Position numbers and translations under genes: made by a program
Assembly: GCA_050633245.1 (NCBI GenBank)
Contig: JBOEGD010000008.1
Coordinates: 1 to 64,000, forward strand
DNA from: Calditrichia bacterium
Lineage (GTDB): Bacteria > Calditrichota > Calditrichia > RBG-13-44-9 > J075
Reading direction: 5' to 3'
Length of the DNA: 64,000 bases
Shown here: one piece after another, positions 9,789 through 18,934 of the stretch
Numbering within the stretch: the first letter of the stretch is position 1
Layout of the letters: every line of letters begins with the position of its first letter
The notes under the pieces: generated by a model
Told to the model about the DNA's origin: nothing
Seen by the model: only the letters and a program-made list of their open reading frames with translations
Databases searched by the model: none

Positions 9789-9845
9789 TGTCACTATGTT
9801 GACACTTGATGAGTTTTAGGCACATGTGGTGTCATCATATTGACG
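9789..9845. promoter_or_regulatory. Pair of palindromic TGTCA-N6-TGACR sites (putative enhancer)
   Basis: TGTCACTATGTTGACA at 9789-9804 and TGTCATCATATTGACG at 9830-9845, 41 bp apart. Confidence 0.55.
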
Positions 9846-11391
9846 AGTCGGACGATATTTTCAATTTTTTCATTCTAGCAAGTAGTGTTGTTCGCTTTAC
9901 TCCCAGGATTTCCGCCGCCTTCGTTTTATTCTTATTTACCTGTTGCAGTACTCTGAGGATATGCGATCTTTCGACTTCATCCAGCGTGGCTGCTGAACGC
10001 GTGCCTAAACCTTGTTCTGTAACGGGATTTAGGATTTCCTCGTCAGTGCTGAGCTGTGTTCCGCGCGTTAGCACCATTAAGCGATAAATGTGATTTCTCA
10101 ACTGTCTGATATTGCCTTTCCAGTTGCGTTGAGTCAGCTCATGGAGAGCAGAACTGGAAATCGAGCTGACGTCTTTTTTGAGTTCCTCATTAAACTCTTT
10201 AATAAAGAATTGAACGAGTGCAGTAATATCTTCTCTGCGTTCTCTCAGGGGAGGTAGCGTAATGGGAAACACATTCAGGCGATAGTACAAGTCTTCTCTG
10301 AAGTTACCTGCTTCAACTTGTTCCAGCAGATCCCGGTTACTTGCCGCAAGGACGCGGATATTAACCTTGCGATCTTTTGTATCTCCTACTCGCCTGATCA
10401 TTCCATCTTCAAGTACGCGCAGCAAACGAAGCTGCAGAGCGGATGACGTTTCACTAATTTCATCAAGGAAGATTGTGCCATCATTTGCTGCCTCGAAAAG
10501 GCCTATTTTATCTTCAACGGCTCCGGTAAATGCACCCTTCTTATGGCCAAAAAGTTCACTTTCCAGCAAATTGTCTGATAGGGCTCCACAATTTTGCGCA
10601 ACGAAACGTTTCTCTTTTCGCAGACAATTGAAGTGGATTGTACGGGCGATAACTTCTTTTCCCGTCCCGGTTTCGCCCTGGATTAATACGGTTATGTCAT
10701 TGTCTAGCACTCTGGATATATTCTGGGCAACCCTCTGCATAGCCGGACTCTTATAAATCAAACCGTCGAACTGGTAGAGGCCGCGGACTTCCTGTTGCAG
10801 AATTAGATGTTCTTTTTTGAGTTCTTCAAACAAGCGAGCGTTTTCTAAAGCAACGGCTGCCTGCGATGCAAATGCTTCAAACAATTCCAGATCGCTACTC
10901 GAAAAACGGTGTTTATCTCTATCGCTATCCACATAAAGAATTCCAAGGCATTCATCGCGAACCATTAGTGGCACACACATAATAGCTTTTAGCTGGAGTT
11001 CGACAACGCTTTTACGGTTTCGAAAATCAGTGTCGTGTGCGATATCTTCAATTAACTGCCCCTTGCCAGATCGTGCTACCTGCTCGGAAATGCTCTGACA
11101 GATAGCAAAATCTGCTGTGTTTTGCAATGGCTCGGCCGGTGGGTTGGAAACTTTTATTTCCAACTTGTTGTCCTTATCCAAAAGCATTAGGAAGCCTCGC
11201 TGTGCCTGAGTGATCTCAACAATATTGTCGATGATCAACTGTAGTGATTGCATCAAGTCGAGAGTAGAAAGTTGGCGACTCACCAGTAGAAGTTTTTTCA
11301 GATAACCATTTTCCCTACGAAGCTGTTCAATCCCAGATTGCTGAACGGCCTGTAGTGTTTTCAAAATGTCAGTAGAGTTTTGTTCGGGCAT
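9835..11391 (-). CDS. Sigma54-dependent enhancer-binding protein (GAF + AAA + Fis-type HTH)
   Basis: GAF domain, GETGTGKE, ESELFGHKKGAFTGA, FLDEI, REDLYYRLNV, C-terminal HTH. Confidence 0.95.
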   Translation of the reverse strand: MPEQNSTDILKTLQAVQQSGIEQLRRENGYLKKLLLVSRQLSTLDLMQSLQLIIDNIVEITQAQRGFLMLLDKDNKLEIKVSNPPAEPLQNTADFAICQSISEQVARSGKGQLIEDIAHDTDFRNRKSVVELQLKAIMCVPLMVRDECLGILYVDSDRDKHRFSSSDLELFEAFASQAAVALENARLFEELKKEHLILQQEVRGLYQFDGLIYKSPAMQRVAQNISRVLDNDITVLIQGETGTGKEVIARTIHFNCLRKEKRFVAQNCGALSDNLLESELFGHKKGAFTGAVEDKIGLFEAANDGTIFLDEISETSSALQLRLLRVLEDGMIRRVGDTKDRKVNIRVLAASNRDLLEQVEAGNFREDLYYRLNVFPITLPPLRERREDITALVQFFIKEFNEELKKDVSSISSSALHELTQRNWKGNIRQLRNHIYRLMVLTRGTQLSTDEEILNPVTEQGLGTRSAATLDEVERSHILRVLQQVNKNKTKAAEILGVKRTTLLARMKKLKISSDSSI

Positions 11392-11442
11392 TACGAGACC
11401 TTAAGCTGAATTGATGGGTGAAGCTGTATTGATTCTATATAA

Positions 11443-11548
11443 ACAAACTTAGTGCCAAAAAAATGACAGTTCCCTAAGTATCTGTTTATTATCGCTTTTG
11501 CTAGAAAAATGTTCTGGTGGGTACAATATAACTGTCAAAATATTGACA
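11443..11548 (-). promoter_or_regulatory. Putative sigma54 promoter and TGTCA-N6-TGACA sites upstream of the activator gene
   Basis: Minus strand TGGCACTAAGTTTGT (11443-11457); TGCCA-AAAAAA-TGACA (11453-11468); TGTCA-AAATAT-TGACA (11533-11548). Confidence 0.5.
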
Positions 11549-11569
11549 GTCAATAGGGGGGTGTGCTTT

Positions 11570-14500
11570 CTAGAGGTCAAATTTTTTCATAAAGCTGAGG
11601 GCTTCGGCGACTCGATATTCATTAATATATGTTTCTTTATCCGCTTCAGTATCAAATAGCATGAAAACTTGTGTAAGGATGCCTGCACATTCAAGAATGG
11701 TGTTTCTGGCGTCTCCGTATTGCTTGGCTTCATTAAGTTCAATTGCTCGTTGATAAAGAGTGGTCCAGCGTTCGGTTTCATAACGAATAATTATCTCTCT
11801 GTCTGTTGGATCAGGAGGAAGACTGATAGATTGATTCTGCGAGTGAGAGATTTTTTTTATTACTACACTTTGATGAGCTTTTCGTAAATAATCTTTTGCT
11901 TTCTGAGTCTGACCAGTTGCTTCCAGAATTTCGGAGTGGTTTAAATAGATCTGGCCAGAGTTTGCTTCAAACTTTCCGCCATTATCTAGCTTTTTAATAG
12001 CGATATTACTTAAAGTTGTTGCCTGGTCAAAATCACCACTCTTGAGAAAATTGATACTCTTCTGACTTAATTGTCCCGCAGTCTGATTGTCCAAATGACT
12101 AGATTTATAGGACGTTGCGGCTTCGAGTGATATGGGGATGGCTTTGAGAGCATCCTGAAGGTCTTTTGCCGATTGAAAGCGATCTGCCGGATTATACCGG
12201 AGCATTCGCATAATTATTTGTTCTAGCTCAGGAAGAATATCCTGGCGTAACTCATTGATTGGCTTTAGTTGTTTATTTGCAATAATACTTTGAAGCATGG
12301 CAACTTCGTGTTCGCCAGAAAAGGGAAACTTCCCGGTTAGAGCTTCATACATAACGACACCAAGGCTGTAGATATCCGATCTTTGATCAATTACACTACC
12401 AATGGCCTGTTCGGGAGACATATAGGCTAGAGTTCCGACAATTGCCTCCATCTTTGTTAGTGTCATCATTTGCATTGAGCGTGCAAGGCCAAAGTCCATT
12501 AGCTTCACTTTTATTAGATTGCTGTCGCCAGAGCTTCCGCGAAATGAACGGGTAAGCCTTGATGACAGATTTGTTTGTGCTGTGATTAGGAAAATATTAT
12601 CACTTTTTATATCGCGATGAATGATTTCTTGGGAATGAATATATTCCAGAGCGTCGCAAATTTGCAGTACGATTGGCACGAGGATGCTTGTAGATAGCTG
12701 TTCAGACTGTTTAACAAACTCCCCAAGGGTAACACCCTCCAGCAGCTCCATATTGATATAACCACGTCCTGCAATCTCACCCGTTTCAAAGATCCGAACA
12801 ATGTTTTGATGCTGTAATGCTTCCATGATTTTTGCTTCACGTAAAAAACGCATGCGATTTTTTTCACTGTATAACATCGAAGGGTGCAAAACTTTCAGAG
12901 CGCTGGTTTGCCTTCTATTCACGTTGTAAGCTTTATGAACGATGCCCATTCCTCCTTCACCAAGACGTGATATTAGTCTATAGTGCCCCAGATAATTTGC
13001 ATCTTTCCAAAAGCTATAGTAGCTGTCGCCATAGGCTAAACCAATAATGGCAAGAAATGAAAACCCTAAAATCGCAGTATCTAGAAGTAGGCTTGTATTC
13101 AGTACGTAAAAGCTGTTTAAAAAGAGATAGGTGAATATCAGTAGCAACCAAAAGGGCCACTTCAAAAGAAATGATAGTGACTTTTCACGTTTTTTGAAAT
13201 AAAAGCAAACCAGTGTAAAGAATGCCAGGAAAAGCAGAAGTTTTATAGATTCTTTAATTGGGTTCGAGCGCGAAAAAGCTAACAAGCCCGCCCGCCAAAA
13301 AAGATAGCCATGCCGAATTACAGGTGGAAACTCATGTACGTCGAGAGTCTGGCCGGTTGTAACGTTATGTTTTGTAACGGTTCTACCACCGGGGAAGCGT
13401 ATTTGCACATCATATTGTTTTTTTGCCGAGAGCCCGAAATGGCTATGTGTTATTTGATTAACCATTCGCGGGTTTCCACCGAGTCCATGCTGCCTGTAAC
13501 CTCTTAAATGTGTTGGGTTGCCTAACTGGCCTGCATCATAAATACTTATCTCACTACCGATTCCCATGCGATTTGCGCGAGTGCCGAAAGGCCGGATAAG
13601 TAAGTAATTCCTGTCGTTTTGTTGGTTTTCGAGATAGGCATTGTCTCCTGCTCTCTCGCGAAAAAAGTAGATGTCCAGATCTCCATCACTGTCTCGATCT
13701 TCCAATAAAATAGAGTTTCCGCCGATAAATTGTAAACCTACTGCCTTACTAATATCCTGATAGGTGCCTTTAGAATCGCTAAGAAAGAACTGATATTCGG
13801 CCCCCTTGGGACTTTCCAGTTCGAAGATGAAGTCAAGATATCCATCATGATTTATATCCCCACTCACGAGAGTTTTTGTATGGGAGATAGGTGTGTTACT
13901 TAATGGAGGCAGGATAGTTTCAGTTTTGGTAAACTTTGCCTCTCCATCATTCAGCCACACATAGACCTGGGTACCAATCGAAATAAAATCCAGATCGGCA
14001 TCTAAATCCAGGTCTACTAAAAGAGCCATACTCATTTGGCCTTTCATAGTGTCCAGCAAACCGCTTTCTTTTGAATAATCGATTAGATTCCCCTTGCCGT
14101 CATTTAGATAGCAAAGTAACGCCGAATAAGATTCCGGTAGAATTAAATCGGGATACATATCACCATTCAAGTCCCCCCAAAGCGCTGTTCTCTCGCAGCC
14201 TTTGCTACCACTGGAATCATCTGAAAGCGTAAATGCTCCAAACCCATTATTAAGAAGAAGCCAGTTTGCCTGGTGTTTTTCGAGTGTACCTACGGAATAA
14301 GCATGATACAGATCCATATCTCCATCAAGGTCAACGTCAATCAGGTAAGACGTGTCGTCGTAAGTACTACTACCCGTCAGGTCGCGAAATAGAAATTTGC
14401 CACTGCCGTTGTTTTGCAGTATCACATTCGAATTTTTTACATTGCGAGTGAATATAATTTCGGGTTGACGGTCATGGTCTATATCTCCTATGCTATAGGA

Positions 14501-15763
14501 ACTCACAGAGTGCAAGTTTGCACCCTCTGAGAGTCCGGCAGCCTCAGAAATATTTGTAAATGTGCCTAGCCCATCGTTTTGAAATATCGTAATGCCTTTT
14601 CGCGATATTGCTAAAATGTCGTTGTCACCATCTCCATCAATATCAAATATTGCGGAATTACGGGCTTTGTGGCTGTCTATTGCGGACTTTTCTTTTAGCA
14701 GTGCTTGTTTGAAGGGATGGCTTTTCGCGGTTGTGGCTCTTAAAATTGAAACATCTCCAACAATCCATCCCTGATTTTTTTTGTCGATAAATATGGTGCG
14801 ATAGTAATCGTCGTTGGGGGAAGGCTGCAGAACCCACTCACTTCCGTTAAATCGCAAAATAGTTCCGTGGGTACCAACAGCCCAACCATCAGTATTGGAA
14901 GTCATGTGTATTGCCTGCAGGTTTTTATCGACAGGCGACTCAAAGTTATGCCAATTACCATTTTTATTTGACAGGATAATGCCCCCCCAACCGATAATCC
15001 AGGCGGTTCCGTCGGGGGTGAGATCCACCCCAGTGAAATTTGTTGTTTCAAATCCCTCGGGCGGGGCGATAATTTTCCATTTATCTTCAGTGTATTTAGC
15101 TAAAATACCATCTTTACCCACCGTCCAACCATATCCCCGGTTCAGCATCTTAATTGCCATCAGGTTTTTTTTTAGTAGGCTATCTTCTTTGGCGGGGAGC
15201 GGCCTTAGCGTCCATTTGCCATTGATGTAGTGCAATATGTTGCCATGGTTTCCCACAACCCAGGCTTCCTCTTTTGATACAATTGCTGAGGCTTGCGGAA
15301 AAATGCCCGGCTTGGCGAACTCCACTGTCCAGGTTTTTCCGTCATAGCGATTAATTTGGAGAGAGTCGTAGGTAGGAGGAGTAGACATTACCAGGGCAAG
15401 GTTGTCCCCGCATGCAGACATTTCAAAGGTTCTGTCGGTTATTGCAGGAAAATCCGTAACGCGATGCCACTGATTCTCGTAAAATCGAAAAAGAGGGGTT
15501 TGTAGCTTTTCTTCACGCATACCATCAGGTTTTACATGGCCCCCAAGCCAGGCATCACCAGATGACGAAACGTGTATTTTCTTCTTGCTGAAGCTTCCGA
15601 TTATTGAATTGTCGTGCACATACCAGGTTACCGGCGTTTGCTTGTCCTGCACCGGGACTTGGGCTTTTAATAGTGAGGGAAGAGTCAGGGATAAAAACAG
15701 GAGAATACTGGAAGCTGTAAATCTGAGCTTCAAAAATAATTGATTAGCGATGAACATAAACAA
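11570..15763 (-). CDS. Receptor-like Hanks-type Ser/Thr kinase: beta-propeller + FG-GAP + ASPIC/UnbV ectodomain, ~3 TM helices, kinase, TPR-like tail
   Basis: Signal peptide; GW.VG..G.I repeats; DxDGDxD repeats; LGEGGMG, ALKVL, HRDIKSDN, DFGLAR, YMSPEQ. Confidence 0.9.
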   Translation of the reverse strand: MFMFIANQLFLKLRFTASSILLFLSLTLPSLLKAQVPVQDKQTPVTWYVHDNSIIGSFSKKKIHVSSSGDAWLGGHVKPDGMREEKLQTPLFRFYENQWHRVTDFPAITDRTFEMSACGDNLALVMSTPPTYDSLQINRYDGKTWTVEFAKPGIFPQASAIVSKEEAWVVGNHGNILHYINGKWTLRPLPAKEDSLLKKNLMAIKMLNRGYGWTVGKDGILAKYTEDKWKIIAPPEGFETTNFTGVDLTPDGTAWIIGWGGIILSNKNGNWHNFESPVDKNLQAIHMTSNTDGWAVGTHGTILRFNGSEWVLQPSPNDDYYRTIFIDKKNQGWIVGDVSILRATTAKSHPFKQALLKEKSAIDSHKARNSAIFDIDGDGDNDILAISRKGITIFQNDGLGTFTNISEAAGLSEGANLHSVSSYSIGDIDHDRQPEIIFTRNVKNSNVILQNNGSGKFLFRDLTGSSTYDDTSYLIDVDLDGDMDLYHAYSVGTLEKHQANWLLLNNGFGAFTLSDDSSGSKGCERTALWGDLNGDMYPDLILPESYSALLCYLNDGKGNLIDYSKESGLLDTMKGQMSMALLVDLDLDADLDFISIGTQVYVWLNDGEAKFTKTETILPPLSNTPISHTKTLVSGDINHDGYLDFIFELESPKGAEYQFFLSDSKGTYQDISKAVGLQFIGGNSILLEDRDSDGDLDIYFFRERAGDNAYLENQQNDRNYLLIRPFGTRANRMGIGSEISIYDAGQLGNPTHLRGYRQHGLGGNPRMVNQITHSHFGLSAKKQYDVQIRFPGGRTVTKHNVTTGQTLDVHEFPPVIRHGYLFWRAGLLAFSRSNPIKESIKLLLFLAFFTLVCFYFKKREKSLSFLLKWPFWLLLIFTYLFLNSFYVLNTSLLLDTAILGFSFLAIIGLAYGDSYYSFWKDANYLGHYRLISRLGEGGMGIVHKAYNVNRRQTSALKVLHPSMLYSEKNRMRFLREAKIMEALQHQNIVRIFETGEIAGRGYINMELLEGVTLGEFVKQSEQLSTSILVPIVLQICDALEYIHSQEIIHRDIKSDNIFLITAQTNLSSRLTRSFRGSSGDSNLIKVKLMDFGLARSMQMMTLTKMEAIVGTLAYMSPEQAIGSVIDQRSDIYSLGVVMYEALTGKFPFSGEHEVAMLQSIIANKQLKPINELRQDILPELEQIIMRMLRYNPADRFQSAKDLQDALKAIPISLEAATSYKSSHLDNQTAGQLSQKSINFLKSGDFDQATTLSNIAIKKLDNGGKFEANSGQIYLNHSEILEATGQTQKAKDYLRKAHQSVVIKKISHSQNQSISLPPDPTDREIIIRYETERWTTLYQRAIELNEAKQYGDARNTILECAGILTQVFMLFDTEADKETYINEYRVAEALSFMKKFDL

Positions 15764-16004
15764 TTATCCAGTTCAAGTGAGGTTCTACGGGCTATTTGTA
15801 CAATAATTGAAAAGTCTGAAAGAAATTAAAGAAAAACCAAGTTGGATGTGCTCTTTGGAGCACAGACTTAATAGCATCAAGCAGCAACAGGCATGGTGTT
15901 CTTGATGCGTGGTATGTTGATATCCGTCTATTGTTTGAAGATTTTGTTATCTATCAAAAGATAGAGATTTTTAAGTTGAACTCCTATTATAATCTCCCGG
16001 GAAT

Positions 16005-16235
16005 TTAGCTTTGTGGCGGATCCCAGAGCTCTTCTTCAAGACCATCATCTTTTTTAGAGAGCTTGGAAATTGTTTTTTCAGCTTCGTTAAGACGACTGTT
16101 GCATGTCTCTACCAGCCTCATACCTTCCTCAAAGAGTTTCAAAGCCTCATCGAGAGGAACGGATTCGCCTTCGAGTAATCTGGCAATTTCTTCAAGACGT
16201 CCAAAGGACTTTTCAAAGGACGGTGCTTTACTCAT
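16005..16235 (-). CDS. xseB: Exodeoxyribonuclease VII small subunit
   Basis: SFEKSFGRLEEIARLLE...LDEALKLFEEG; overlaps xseA end; start set at MSK. Confidence 0.93.
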   Translation of the reverse strand: MSKAPSFEKSFGRLEEIARLLEGESVPLDEALKLFEEGMRLVETCNSRLNEAEKTISKLSKKDDGLEEELWDPPQS

Positions 16236-17430
16236 TTTTATCTCCAATTGTTTTCACTTCTGCGGTGAATTCGCCTTTTGAGAGCCTGACGTGTACAGTT
16301 TCTTTTGGTTTCAGGCCTTTGGTGTTCAACATTGCCTTCTTTTTTCTGCTCACAATGCTATAACCGCGGCTAAGAATAGCCTCCGGGTTGGCGGCCTGTA
16401 GTCTCTTCTGTAGATTTAGCGTCTCCCGCTGAAAATACTGGTGTTTATAGCGCATGGTAAATGTTAGCTGGCGTTCCAGTTCATCGAGGTGTTGAATACG
16501 CTGATATAGGATATCTGTAATGCGTCGCAGGGCATGGCTATTGCGTAAATTGTTGACGCGATGTCTACGTTCGGCTATAGAGCGATTTAACAGTGAAAAA
16601 TATTTTTCCTGATAATACGCCAACTGTCCGCGTATCTCTCGCTGGTCTTTTACCGCCAGTTCGGCTGCAGCTGAGGGCGTTGGCGCGCGCAGATCGGCGA
16701 CAAAGTCTGCTATTGAATAATCGACTTCATGTCCAACCGCGGAAATAATGGGAAGGTGGGAATTGAAGATTGCTCTGGCAACAACCTCTTCATTGAATGC
16801 CCAAAGGTCTTCAAGGGAGCCACCGCCACGTCCAACAATGAGCAAGTCTACTTTGTTGTGTTCGTTGAAATTTTCTATAGCGGCAGCAATTTCCTCGGCG
16901 CTACCTGGTCCCTGAACACGCGCCGGACACAAAACGATATCCACTCCCGGGGCACGTCGGTCGAGCACATTAAGCATATCGCGGACGGCAGCTCCGGTTG
17001 GTGATGTAATAATTCCGATTCGATTGGGGTAGGGGGGAAGCTCTTTTTTGTGCAGTGCATCGAAGAGGCCTTCAGCATGTAGCCGTTTTTTTAGCTCTTC
17101 GAAGGCCAACTGAAGCGATCCCGCCCCAGCTGGTTGCATTTGCTGCAGGATGAGTTGATAATTGCCTGAGCGTTCATAGACCTGAACATCGCCTTCAATC
17201 AGCACTTTCATGCCATTCGATGGTTGAAAGGCAAGTTTGCCAACGCGAGAGCGCCACATGGCGCACTTTATCTGACAGTTCTCATCTTTGAGGGTAAGGT
17301 ACATGTGTCCGGAGGAGTGATGAGTAAAATTTGAAATTTCACCCTCCATCCACAAGCGTGGAAAGCTGTTCTCCAGCACCTCCTTGATATCTCTAGTGAG
17401 GCGCGTTACCGAATAAATGGTTTGTTCCAT
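16228..17430 (-). CDS. xseA: Exodeoxyribonuclease VII large subunit
   Basis: GEISNF...SGHMYLTLKD, TSPTGAA, GRGGGSLEDLWAFNEE, VGHEVD, RAPTPSAAAE. Confidence 0.96.
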   Translation of the reverse strand: MEQTIYSVTRLTRDIKEVLENSFPRLWMEGEISNFTHHSSGHMYLTLKDENCQIKCAMWRSRVGKLAFQPSNGMKVLIEGDVQVYERSGNYQLILQQMQPAGAGSLQLAFEELKKRLHAEGLFDALHKKELPPYPNRIGIITSPTGAAVRDMLNVLDRRAPGVDIVLCPARVQGPGSAEEIAAAIENFNEHNKVDLLIVGRGGGSLEDLWAFNEEVVARAIFNSHLPIISAVGHEVDYSIADFVADLRAPTPSAAAELAVKDQREIRGQLAYYQEKYFSLLNRSIAERRHRVNNLRNSHALRRITDILYQRIQHLDELERQLTFTMRYKHQYFQRETLNLQKRLQAANPEAILSRGYSIVSRKKKAMLNTKGLKPKETVHVRLSKGEFTAEVKTIGDKNE

Positions 17431-17465
17431 ACGGTTTACGGATGCTGGTGCGAACGATACATTCT

Positions 17466-17491
17466 GCAGCGGGTTCAGTGAATCCCGCTGC
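17466..17491. terminator. Stem-loop downstream of bS22
   Basis: GCAGCGGG...CCCGCTGC; no strong U-tract. Confidence 0.4.
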
Positions 17492-17506
17492 CCATTAACA
17501 TATTAT

Positions 17507-17602
17507 CTAGCGAATCTTCTTTTTGTGGCGATTCTTGCGCAAGCGCTTCTTTCGCTTGTGCGTTGCCATCTTATGGCGTTTTCTTTTGCGACCACACGGC
17601 AT
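17507..17602 (-). CDS. 30S ribosomal protein bS22 (AURKAIP1/COX24-domain small basic protein), 31 aa, absent from ORF track
   Basis: Manual translation MPCGRKRKRHKMATHKRKKRLRKNRHKKKIR*, AAGGAG RBS upstream. Confidence 0.88.
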   Translation of the reverse strand: MPCGRKRKRHKMATHKRKKRLRKNRHKKKIR

Positions 17603-17665
17603 ACGATACTCCTTGTTAACAGTCCGGTTGAAGTTTTATTTGCGCATCATTAAGCGCGTCAATAA

Positions 17666-18445
17666 TTATGATTCAGTATTTTGTTGATCTTGCGGAAACT
17701 GCTCGATTTCCTGATGTAGTTCCTCAAGATATTTTTTTGCCTGCTGAGCCTGTCCTGATTCGGGAGCCAACTCAATAAGCTTACCCCAGTAGCTGATCAG
17801 CTTATTTACTTCGCCCAGCTTCAGGGAAACTATTCCCATGTTGTAAAGCCCGTTAAGATGTTTCGGCTGTAGCTTTAGAGCCAGTTGAAACTGCTCTTCG
17901 GCGGCTTTAAAATCCTGCAGGTTAAAATGACTTACACCCAGATCAACACGAACATCCGCATTATTGGTGTTTTTCGCCAGCACAGTTGTATAGTAACCTA
18001 TTGCTTCGCGATAACGCTGGCTGTCGAACAGCATATTTCCCAGTTGAAGCTCTAGCTCAGCATTTCCGGGATCATTCTCCAGCGCTTGCTGCACGCGTTG
18101 AATTTCTGCTGCCGATGGCACGGGCATCTGTTCCTGCTGCGCCGTAGTATTCTGCTGCTCGACCGGGTGGTTGTGACCATCATCGGCAGAGTGCTGAATC
18201 GTTTTAGCGTCTAATGTAGAAACAAAACCGACATAGTAATAGGCGCCCGCCACGAGTATTGCCAACAATACGGCACTGGATAACAACCTCTTTTGAGAGC
18301 TTGTAAGCGCATCGTTGCTTGAATGTGCCTGGACTATCGGGCTTTCCGTACCCGATACCGCTACTGAATTAACAGCAACGCCACACTGTGGGCAAAACTT
18401 CGCTTTTGGTGGCAGCTTAAAGCCGCATGAACTACAGTAATTCAT
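17666..18445 (-). CDS. Zinc-ribbon, TM, TPR-repeat protein
   Basis: CxxC...FCPQCG, hydrophobic segment, TPR repeats. Confidence 0.8.
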   Translation of the reverse strand: MNYCSSCGFKLPPKAKFCPQCGVAVNSVAVSGTESPIVQAHSSNDALTSSQKRLLSSAVLLAILVAGAYYYVGFVSTLDAKTIQHSADDGHNHPVEQQNTTAQQEQMPVPSAAEIQRVQQALENDPGNAELELQLGNMLFDSQRYREAIGYYTTVLAKNTNNADVRVDLGVSHFNLQDFKAAEEQFQLALKLQPKHLNGLYNMGIVSLKLGEVNKLISYWGKLIELAPESGQAQQAKKYLEELHQEIEQFPQDQQNTES

Positions 18446-18758
18446 CTCTTTCCATCTGTTCTTTTTTCGCCAGAAGGCCTTTGTTTACGTTTTCCCGAAA
18501 CTGTTTTGCAGGACGAAAAACCGGAACAAAACGATGCTCAACTGAAATTACCTTCTTTGTTCTGGGATTCTTGACCAGTCTTGCTTCCCGCTCTTTGGCG
18601 TAAAAACTTCCAAAGCCGCGAATCTCAACTCGATCACCATTTTCAAGTGATTCGATAACGTTGTAGAGGAAGCCATTAACTACCGCTTCAACGTCAGACT
18701 TGGTTAATCCCGTGGAGTCCGCCAGAATGCTTACGAGTTCAGCTTTAGTTACATTCAT
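18432..18758 (-). CDS. HU/IHF family DNA-binding protein
   Basis: TKAELV, VEIRGFGSF, KNPRT, PVFRPAK; start at MNVTK behind GGAG. Confidence 0.92.
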   Translation of the reverse strand: MNVTKAELVSILADSTGLTKSDVEAVVNGFLYNVIESLENGDRVEIRGFGSFYAKEREARLVKNPRTKKVISVEHRFVPVFRPAKQFRENVNKGLLAKKEQMERDELL

Positions 18759-18934
18759 TTCATTCTCCAAAAGATTTAAAAGTTACAAAATTATCCTGCT
18801 GAAAACAAGACGAGAGTAAGATGCTTTTCTTTTATTAAGAAACATATAACCCAGCGCCTTGTTAAAAACATCAGCTGAATTCCAAATAAGGTTGAGCAGC
18901 AGGGAACTATGAGCAATTATTGCACTCTTCTGAA

